This document shows, one piece after another, positions 1 to 6,525 of a stretch of 12,974 nt of DNA. Within the stretch, counting starts at the first letter, position 1, and each line of letters opens with the position of its first letter. Under the pieces are notes generated by a model. It made no database searches and was not told the DNA's origin. It saw only the letters and a list, made by a program, of their open reading frames with translations. Location: NCBI GenBank assembly GCA_041500405.1, contig JBGQMB010000025.1, positions 1 through 12,974 of the forward strand, given 5' to 3'. The stretch comes from Candidatus Micrarchaeia archaeon. Its GTDB lineage: Archaea; Micrarchaeota; Micrarchaeia; Anstonellales; J096. The position numbers and the translations under genes are program-made.

Positions 1-784
1 CAACCGGAGCCGCCGTCGGCGCCATATTTGCCATCGCTGTCGGTTGCACTGTAATGGGATTTGCCGGAAGGGGTTGCGCCGCCGGCTTCTGCGCCTGCCT
101 TTCCGCCAGCTTCCGCAGGCTGTCTTCGGCAAAGATGGCTTTCCACACGTTGAGCGGGGCCTCCGCGTTTGTTGCTGGGGCTTTTGTTTCAGTAGGCACG
201 TCGTCCTCGCCCCAGAGGTTGCCCCACGGGTTGTTTTTGTCGAAAACCCTTCTTGCCGCAGGGGGCTTGCTAGCCTTTTTCTGCTCGTTTAACAAAGCCA
301 TATATTTGCGCTCATATCTTTTGACAAGCTTCTCGGTTTCCGCGTCATCGGCGCTTATGCTGCGCTTGGCTTTCCTCAGGCTTTCTTTGGGCGCTTCCAC
401 CTTGATTGCAATCTTTGCTGGCACGGGCGTCGGGCCTGCCGTGTCCTTTTCTGCAACAGCAACAGGGGCCGGCTTTTCAGCAGGCACAGGCTTTGCGGCC
501 GGCGCCGGAAGATAGATTATCCTTACGGCCGGCTCTGACGGGGGCTTGAAAATTTCCATCTGCCTGGCCTTGTTCTGCACCCAGTTTGACCACGGGCCGG
601 CCATGCGCCAGCCTATTGTCCCGCAGATGGCAGTTGCGCCGCAGACGGCGCCGATAAGCATAGCCCTTTTCATTGCGGTTTTCCAGGGCTTCTCTGCCTC
701 GTCCCTGGCCCTTTTCATTGCCTTGACTATTCTCTTGTAATCGGCAGAATGAAGCTCCCCGGGATATACTATTCTCTGAGCCAT
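1..784 (-). CDS. Hypothetical membrane-anchored Pro/Ala/Lys-rich protein with the array-type leader; 3' end lies outside the window
   Basis: Absent from the ORF track because it has no stop in the window. Manual translation from ATG 784 is open to the edge: MAQRIVYPGELHSADYKRIVKAMKRARDEAEKPWKTAMKRAMLIGAVCGATAICGTIGWRMAGPW...PAPAAKPVPAEKPAPVAVAEK.... It has a hydrophobic segment near residues 41-60 and a TTTAAAAA box ending 23 nt upstream. Confidence 0.85.
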   Translation of the reverse strand, partial: MAQRIVYPGELHSADYKRIVKAMKRARDEAEKPWKTAMKRAMLIGAVCGATAICGTIGWRMAGPWSNWVQNKARQMEIFKPPSEPAVRIIYLPAPAAKPVPAEKPAPVAVAEKDTAGPTPVPAKIAIKVEAPKESLRKAKRSISADDAETEKLVKRYERKYMALLNEQKKASKPPAARRVFDKNNPWGNLWGEDDVPTETKAPATNAEAPLNVWKAIFAEDSLRKLAERQAQKPAAQPLPANPITVQPTAMANMAPTAAPV

Positions 785-806
785 ACCATTATTTTGGGGC
801 GTACTG

Positions 807-838
807 TTTTTAAACATTCATGTTCATTAAAAAACACA
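807..838 (-). promoter_or_regulatory. Bipartite archaeal-type promoter (TGTG element + TATA box) for the gene starting at 784
   Basis: Minus strand reads TGTGTTTTTTAATGAACATGAATG-TTTAAAAA, ending 23 nt from the ATG. The same architecture occurs at five other sites. Confidence 0.7.
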
Positions 839-859
839 TTAAAATAAGCTGTTTTCCGG

Positions 860-1159
860 CTATTTCCCGACGGCTCCCCGCCCGCCGACGCTTGCGCGGA
901 ACTCCTTATCCGAATCTATCATATAATTTACCCAGGCGTCGTGCATCCTTTTTAGGTTTACTTTCTTGAACTGCCCTGTGCCTGCCAAAACGCCTGCAAG
1001 GACTCCAATTGCCGCAAGCCCGATAACAAGCCTTTTGTTTCTCCTAGCAAAGCCGGTTCTTTCAGATTCGTCTTTTGCCTTCCTCAATATCATGCCGATG
1101 TGCGTTCCGCAATTTCTGCAATTGCCTGGCTTGAGCATAAGGGGCTTTTCAAGCGACAT
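860..1159 (-). CDS. Small (99 aa) leader-only membrane protein, paralogous to the N-terminus of the 5481-6521 ankyrin protein
   Basis: Start reassigned from 1249 to ATG 1159, 4 nt after the upstream stop (GAGTGATATCATG). MSLEKP...GMILRKAKDESERTGFARR...AAIGVLAGVLAG...KKVNLKR aligns with MPIEKP...GMVLRKAKDAIEKTGFAKR...ATIGMLAAFIAG...KDVNLKK. No ankyrin repeats follow. Confidence 0.8.
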   Translation of the reverse strand: MSLEKPLMLKPGNCRNCGTHIGMILRKAKDESERTGFARRNKRLVIGLAAIGVLAGVLAGTGQFKKVNLKRMHDAWVNYMIDSDKEFRASVGGRGAVGK

Positions 1160-1163
1160 GATA

Positions 1164-2765
1164 TCACTCTTTGGCGCCATGCTCTTTAAGGAATTTCGCG
1201 ATTTTTGTATTGTTATAATACTTGGCGTAATAAAGGGCCGTTTTGCCATCTTTATCTCTCGCGTTCACGTCCGCAGGACCCATCCCAAGCACCACCCTGG
1301 CAATCTCCAAATTGTCGCTCTGAACGGCAAAAATCAGGATAGTTGAGCCATCATTATTCTTAGCTTTCACGTCCGCGCCATGTTCAATCAGGAATTTGCA
1401 GGTTTGCATGTGTCTGTTCTCTGCGGCCCACATGAGCGCGGTCCTGCCCTCCTTGTCCTTTGCCTCTATGTCTGCGCCTTTCTCTAGCAGGAAAGCGCAG
1501 GTTTCGGTGCATCCGTTCTCTGCGGCAATCATGAGCGCGGTCATGCCGTAGTAGTCGTCCTTAGCTTCGATGTTTGCTCCTTTTTTGATTAGGAAAGCGC
1601 AAGTTTCAGTGCGGCCTGCAAATGCGGCCTCCATCAGCGCAGTCCAGCCCCAGCCGTTTTTTGCCTCTATGTCTGCGCCTTTTTTGATTAGGAAAGCGCA
1701 GGTTTGCATGTGTCTGTTCTCTGCGGCCCACATGAGCGCGGTCCTGCCGTTCTTGTCCCTTGCATCCATATCCGCGCCTTTATTAACCAGTAGCTTGCAG
1801 GTCTCTAAGTTTCCTATAGATGCAGCCTCCATCAGCGCAGTCATGCCCCAGTCATTCTTTGCCTCAATGTCTGCACCTTTCTCAAGCAAGAATTTGCAGA
1901 TGTCGGTGTATCCGTTCTCTGCGGCCCACATGAGCGCGGTCCTGCCGTCGTAGTCCTTAGCTTCGATGTTTGCGCCTTTTTCAAGCAGTAATGCACATGT
2001 TTGGGTGTGTCCTGCCAGTGCAGCACGTATGAGCGCAGTCCATCCGTAGTAATTATCCTTTGCCTCAATGTCTGCGCCTTTTTTGATTAGGAATGCGCAG
2101 GTTTGAGTGTGTCCGTTATATGCGGCCGACATGAGCGCAGTCCATCCGTAGTTGTCCTTTACCTCGATGTCCGCGCCCTTTTCAAGCAATAAAGCGCAGG
2201 TTTCGGTGCATCCATTCTCTGCGGCCCACCTCAGCGCAGTCTCGCCGAAGATATTCGTTGCCTTGACGTTTGCGCCTTTTTCAATCAGTAATTCGCAGGT
2301 TTGGGCATTTCCCTTCTGTGCGGCCGACATGAGCGCAGTCCATCCGTAGTTGTCCTTTGCATCAATGAGCTCCTTTACGTTTCCGCCCGCCTTTGCATAT
2401 TCTTGTATTATCAGGATGCAGATTTGGGTATTTCCATTCCGTGCGGCCTCCATGAGCGCCGTCCGGCCCAATGTGTTCTTTACCTTGATGTCTGCGCGTC
2501 TTTCAGGCAGTAATTCGCAGGTTTGGGCATTTCCCTTCTGTGCGGCAACAATGGGCGCGGATGCGCTTTCCTGCGAGTAGGCCATCATGTTGGGAGAAAC
2601 AACCGCCAGGCTTGCCGCCATTACGGTTATCGCGGTTTTTGAGCGGAAGAACTTGCACGCCCTTTCAATGCCGTCTTTTGCCTTCCTCAGAACCATGCTT
2701 ATAGGCTTTGCGCTGTCCCTTACGCCGGTTGCAACCCTTGTTCCAAACGTCTTTTCAATTGGCAT
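1164..2765 (-). CDS. Ankyrin-repeat protein (about 13 full + 1 partial repeats) with N-terminal signal/membrane segment
   Basis: Repeated 33-34 aa G-x-TALM-x-AA-xx-G-xxx-TC-xx-L-xx-KGA[DN] units, ending FLKEHGAKE. Start 2765 (MPIEK) is preferred by homology with the gene starting at 6521; ATG 2774 is an alternative. Confidence 0.95.
   Translation of the reverse strand: MPIEKTFGTRVATGVRDSAKPISMVLRKAKDGIERACKFFRSKTAITVMAASLAVVSPNMMAYSQESASAPIVAAQKGNAQTCELLPERRADIKVKNTLGRTALMEAARNGNTQICILIIQEYAKAGGNVKELIDAKDNYGWTALMSAAQKGNAQTCELLIEKGANVKATNIFGETALRWAAENGCTETCALLLEKGADIEVKDNYGWTALMSAAYNGHTQTCAFLIKKGADIEAKDNYYGWTALIRAALAGHTQTCALLLEKGANIEAKDYDGRTALMWAAENGYTDICKFLLEKGADIEAKNDWGMTALMEAASIGNLETCKLLVNKGADMDARDKNGRTALMWAAENRHMQTCAFLIKKGADIEAKNGWGWTALMEAAFAGRTETCAFLIKKGANIEAKDDYYGMTALMIAAENGCTETCAFLLEKGADIEAKDKEGRTALMWAAENRHMQTCKFLIEHGADVKAKNNDGSTILIFAVQSDNLEIARVVLGMGPADVNARDKDGKTALYYAKYYNNTKIAKFLKEHGAKE
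1398..1748. repeat. 51-bp exact direct repeat (1398-1448 and 1698-1748) inside the ankyrin gene
   Basis: gcaggtttgcatgtgtctgttctctgcggcccacatgagcgcggtcctgcc occurs twice, offset by 300 bp, and encodes GRTALMWAAENRHMQTC. Confidence 0.9.
2121..2546. repeat. Two exact direct repeat pairs inside the ankyrin gene: 2121-2160/2319-2358 (40 bp) and 2286-2324/2508-2546 (39 bp)
   Basis: Read directly from the sequence. The pairs encode KDNYGWTALMSAA and AAQKGNAQTCELL respectively. Confidence 0.88.
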
Positions 2766-2770
2766 TTTTA

Positions 2771-4759
2771 TCATTCCTTGGCGCCCTTGGATTTCAGGAA
2801 TTTAATAATGCTCCGTTTGCCGGCCAGGCTGAGCGCCGTATGGCCATCATTATCCTCCGCATTCACATCAGCATATCCTTTAACAAGAAGCCTGACAATC
2901 TCCTCCGCGTCTTCACCGCAGGCATACATAAGCGCCGTAATGCCGCTGCTGTCCCTTACATTTATGTTGACTTTATTGGAAAAAAGGCGGTCTACTGGGC
3001 TCTTTGATGTATCGATTGTTCCAAGAAGGAGTTTTGCTACTCTTAGCCCCCCATTACGAATTGCATGCATCAGCGCCGTTTTGCCATCCTTGTCTATCGC
3101 ATTAATATCCGCGCCCTTTTCTATGAAACGTTTGGCATCGGCTACGCGGTCTTTGGAAGCGGCGATCATCAGCACAGTAATGCCATCTTTATCTTTTGCA
3201 TTCACATCAGCGCCTTTGTCAATAAGCATATCCACGATATTATCATAATTGCCATAATTTGCGCCCGGAGTGGGCATTACATATTCCACAATCCTATACA
3301 TGCACGCATACATCAGCACCGTAATACCATCATTGTCCATTGCGCGCACGTCTGCATTTCTGTCAAGAAGAATCTTGGCAATGCCGGCCTGGCCGTCATG
3401 GCAGGCATACATCAGCGCAGTCTTCAAGTCCTTGTTTTTGGCGTTTACATAAGTGGCTTTCCTGTCAATAAGCAGCCTGGCGATGCTCTCGTGCCGTTTA
3501 GCAATGGCCAGCATCAGCGCCGTCATGCCTTTCTTGTCTTTTGCGTTGAGGTCGGCGCCCTTGTCAATGATGAGTTTGACAAGTTCTGCATCTCCTCTCT
3601 TCACGGCCCATAGGAGCGGCGTCACGCCATTAGTGTCCTTCACATTAACATTGGCGCCTTTTTCAATAAGGAACTTGACCAGTCTGTCGTTATCATTTTT
3701 CATCGCCAGCGAAAGCGGAGTCCAACCGTCCTTGTCCTTCACGTTCACCTTAGCGCCATATTTACCTACTAGTACTTTTGAAAGAATATCCTGTTCTTTA
3801 TTCTTAGAATGTTCAACTGCGTACATGAGCGCCGTCCTGCCGTGATTGTCCCTTAGATTCGCCTTAAGCTGCATGTCAGACCATATCATTGTCAAAGCAG
3901 ATAGATTGTTCCCACTTATCAGGGCATTCATCAGCGTCGTGCGCTTGTCGTCGCCATATTTTATGTTTACATCTGCGCCTTTCTGTATAAGCATACGTAT
4001 AGCATCAAAATTCTCTCCGCATACGGCATAGTCGAGCGCCGTCCTGCCATCCTTGTCTCTTGCATTGAGGTTAGCCCCTTTATCAGCAATCAGCTTGACA
4101 AGGGAAGAATCGCCTTTCTTTACGGCCCACATGAGCGGCGTCCTGCCTTTGCTGGATTTTATATTCACTTTCGCGCCTGCATCAAGAAGGAGCCTGACGA
4201 TTTCAACATTTTTTTGGCCAGCAGCAAACAACAGCGCCGTCCTGCCGCTGCTGTCTTTCTCATTAACATTGGCATGGTTGCCGATAAGCATCCTGACAAT
4301 GTCTGCATTCTCGTGAATTACGGCATACGTCAGCGCCGTAAATCCTTCTTTGTCCTTCGCATTCACATCAGCTCCTTTGTATATCAGGAGCTTGGCTTGA
4401 TCATCCTGTTCACACCAGATCGCACAGCTCAGCGGCGTCCAGCTGTTTCCTTTCCCAGCATCTATGTTTGCGCCGCCTTCTATTAGAGACCTGGTCCTTC
4501 CCAGGTCGCTTTTTCCTACGCTTTCAAAAAGCAGGCTATCCTGCGTGCTGAGCTTTTGCGAAGACGAGTCCTTGTGAGAACAGGACATTATGCCCAAAGC
4601 ACCCGCGGCAAGACCCGCCGCCAGCATGGTTATCGCGGTTCTTGAGCGGAAAAACCTGCGCGTGCTTTCCATGCCTTCTTTTGCCCTTCTGAAAATTTCA
4701 ACGAGCCTTCTGCGGCCGCCACTATCTTCCCTTGGAACATCCAGGCTTTTCAGCGCCAT
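2771..4759 (-). CDS. Ankyrin-repeat protein (about 16 repeats plus N-cap), predicted lipoprotein
   Basis: Repeated G-x-T[AP]L...GA[DN]VN[AV]KD units. The leader MALKSL...FRRAKEG...STRRFFRS is followed by hydrophobic TAITMLAAGLAAGALG and lipobox-like IMS-C. Ends FLKSKGAKE. Confidence 0.95.
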   Translation of the reverse strand: MALKSLDVPREDSGGRRRLVEIFRRAKEGMESTRRFFRSRTAITMLAAGLAAGALGIMSCSHKDSSSQKLSTQDSLLFESVGKSDLGRTRSLIEGGANIDAGKGNSWTPLSCAIWCEQDDQAKLLIYKGADVNAKDKEGFTALTYAVIHENADIVRMLIGNHANVNEKDSSGRTALLFAAGQKNVEIVRLLLDAGAKVNIKSSKGRTPLMWAVKKGDSSLVKLIADKGANLNARDKDGRTALDYAVCGENFDAIRMLIQKGADVNIKYGDDKRTTLMNALISGNNLSALTMIWSDMQLKANLRDNHGRTALMYAVEHSKNKEQDILSKVLVGKYGAKVNVKDKDGWTPLSLAMKNDNDRLVKFLIEKGANVNVKDTNGVTPLLWAVKRGDAELVKLIIDKGADLNAKDKKGMTALMLAIAKRHESIARLLIDRKATYVNAKNKDLKTALMYACHDGQAGIAKILLDRNADVRAMDNDGITVLMYACMYRIVEYVMPTPGANYGNYDNIVDMLIDKGADVNAKDKDGITVLMIAASKDRVADAKRFIEKGADINAIDKDGKTALMHAIRNGGLRVAKLLLGTIDTSKSPVDRLFSNKVNINVRDSSGITALMYACGEDAEEIVRLLVKGYADVNAEDNDGHTALSLAGKRSIIKFLKSKGAKE

Positions 4760-4781
4760 GCCATATTTCCTGCAGGAACAG

Positions 4782-4814
4782 TTTTTAAACCATTATTACT
4801 CATTTAAAAACACA
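4782..4814 (-). promoter_or_regulatory. Bipartite promoter for the 4759-2765-1159 operon
   Basis: Minus strand reads TGTGTTTTTAAATGAGTAATAATGG-TTTAAAAA, ending 23 nt from ATG 4759. Confidence 0.7.
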
Positions 4815-4833
4815 AAAAGCTGTCTATGGCGTT

Positions 4834-5409
4834 TCACTCCTTTGCGCCTGCGGCTTTCAGGAGCTTGACGATGCCGGTTTTTCCGTAAATCATCTCGCCC
4901 AATTCGGCATAATGCAGGACGGCCCTGCCGTTCCTGTCCTTTGCGTTCACGTCCGCGCCGTTGTCAATAAGCAGCCTTGCGATTTCGATGTTGCCTGCCT
5001 TCGCCGCGTCCATGAGCGGGGTTATGCCAGTTGCCTCGTCCCTTGCATTGGGGTCTGCGCCCTTTTCTAGCAGCGATTCAACGTCCGCACAGGTGCCGTT
5101 TTGGGCATGGAAGATGATGTCGTCCGCATATTTTTCCGCATTCGTAGCCTTATAGTTTAGTGGGGCTGCGCTTTTGCCTGCAACAGCGGCCTGCGCTGCA
5201 TTTGGCTTTCCCATCGGGCCCCATACAAATGCCTGCATCGGCACAACTATGCATAATCCAACAATAGCACCTGTAATTAAACCTGTTTTAGTTAGCTTAT
5301 TCCATTCCTGATCATCTGTTATGTTCTTCGCAGCCCTGAATATCATGTTCTTTGGCTTTGTCCTTCCGCCGTTGAGGCTTTTTTTCTGCTTTTCAGATAG
5401 CATAACCAT
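4834..5409 (-). CDS. Short membrane-anchored ankyrin-repeat protein (cap + 2 repeats)
   Basis: LLEKGADPNARD...GITPLMDAAKAGNIEIARLLIDNGADVNAKD. Hydrophobic segment GLITGAIVGLCIVVPMQAFVW. Ends LLKAAGAKE. ATG 5403 fits the promoter spacing better than 5409. Confidence 0.92.
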   Translation of the reverse strand: MVMLSEKQKKSLNGGRTKPKNMIFRAAKNITDDQEWNKLTKTGLITGAIVGLCIVVPMQAFVWGPMGKPNAAQAAVAGKSAAPLNYKATNAEKYADDIIFHAQNGTCADVESLLEKGADPNARDEATGITPLMDAAKAGNIEIARLLIDNGADVNAKDRNGRAVLHYAELGEMIYGKTGIVKLLKAAGAKE

Positions 5410-5426
5410 ATCTTAGTCCCCAACAC

Positions 5427-5458
5427 CTTTTAAACATATCATCTCGCCAATAACCACA
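5427..5458 (-). promoter_or_regulatory. Bipartite promoter for the 4834-5409 gene
   Basis: Minus strand reads TGTGGTTATTGGCGAGATGATATG-TTTAAAAG. TGTG begins exactly 24 nt before the TATA box. Confidence 0.6.
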
Positions 5459-5480
5459 GTGGCTCCGTCTGTGCGGCATC

Positions 5481-6521
5481 TCATTCCTTTGCGCCGAGAG
5501 ACTCAAGGTACTCGATTGCAGCAGGAAGCCCAAACCTTTTGGCATAGCCAAGCGCAGTCATGCCTTCTTTGTCCCTTTTGCTTATGTAATTTTTAACGTC
5601 TCCGCCGGCTTTTTCGTACTTGGACACTAGAAACTCGCAGAATTCTGCAAGCCCAAGTTGTGCCGCATACATGAGCACAGTCATGCCGTATTTGTCCGCT
5701 GCCTCGATGTATCTTTTCAGGTTTCCGCCAGCCTTGGCATATGCGGAGATGAGCGCCTTGTATTCGCTGGTATCGCGGCTGCAAGCCGCATGCATGAGCG
5801 CAGTCTTTCCGTCCTTGTCCGCTGCCTCGATGAGCCCCTTAACATTCCCGCCCTTCTTCGCGTATCTTTCAATGAACAGCGCCCACGTCTTTTCATGGTG
5901 ACCCAGCACAGCTGCCCACATGAGCACAGTCAGGCCGTCATTGTCCCTTGCATTGATTTTTGCCCTTTTTTCAATCAAGAACTTGCAGACGTCATAGCTC
6001 CCGACCCATGCGGCCCTCATGAGCGCAGTCTCGCCATAACCGCCGGTTGCAGTAGCATTCACGTCCGCGCCCTTGCCTACCAGCAGCTTGACAGCTTCGA
6101 CGCTTCCGCCGGCTGCGGCGCATATGAGCGCTGTCCAGCCGTGCTCGTTCCTTGCGTTCGGGTCCGCGCCCTGCCTCAGGAGATTTTCAACGCTCGCGAC
6201 TGTCACGTAGTCCGAGACTGCATCCAAAAGCGCCTTGTTCATGCGCTGCTGTTTTTCGGAGATTTTGGATTTCTTTTCAACGGCGCTTATTTGTTTGGCG
6301 TTTGCCTTTTTCAGATTGACATCCTTTAGGTTTTCGGCGCCTGCAATGAACGCGGCAAGCATGCCTATTGTCGCAACCCTGGCGACGGCATGCCAGCTTC
6401 TTTTTGCAAAACCAGTTTTCTCGATTGCATCTTTTGCCTTCCTCAGAACCATGCCGACAGGCTTTCCGCTGCTGTTTTCGCCGGTTGCAATCTTTGACCC
6501 AAACGGTTTTTCGATTGGCAT
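5481..6521 (-). CDS. Ankyrin-repeat protein (cap + about 6 repeats, three of an extended type) with N-terminal signal/membrane segment
   Basis: GWTALICAA, GETALMRAA, GLTVLMWAA, GKTALMHAA, GMTVLMYAA and GMTALGYA motifs. Leader MPIEKP...LRKAKD. Ends YLESLGAKE. Confidence 0.95.
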   Translation of the reverse strand: MPIEKPFGSKIATGENSSGKPVGMVLRKAKDAIEKTGFAKRSWHAVARVATIGMLAAFIAGAENLKDVNLKKANAKQISAVEKKSKISEKQQRMNKALLDAVSDYVTVASVENLLRQGADPNARNEHGWTALICAAAGGSVEAVKLLVGKGADVNATATGGYGETALMRAAWVGSYDVCKFLIEKRAKINARDNDGLTVLMWAAVLGHHEKTWALFIERYAKKGGNVKGLIEAADKDGKTALMHAACSRDTSEYKALISAYAKAGGNLKRYIEAADKYGMTVLMYAAQLGLAEFCEFLVSKYEKAGGDVKNYISKRDKEGMTALGYAKRFGLPAAIEYLESLGAKE

Positions 6522-6525
6522 ATTA

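Noticed and set aside
1100..1120. CRNCGTH (CxxC) in the leader-only protein as a zinc site
   Set aside because: It is a single CxxC and is absent from all paralogous leaders.
1160..1249. ORF-track N-terminal extension of the 860-1249 ORF
   Set aside because: It overlaps the 3' end of the ankyrin gene. Homology and the junction pattern place the start at 1159.
1300..2550. Approximately 99-bp periodic repeats as a CRISPR array
   Set aside because: The repeats are in-frame ankyrin coding units with degenerate codons. There are no unique spacers and no cas genes.
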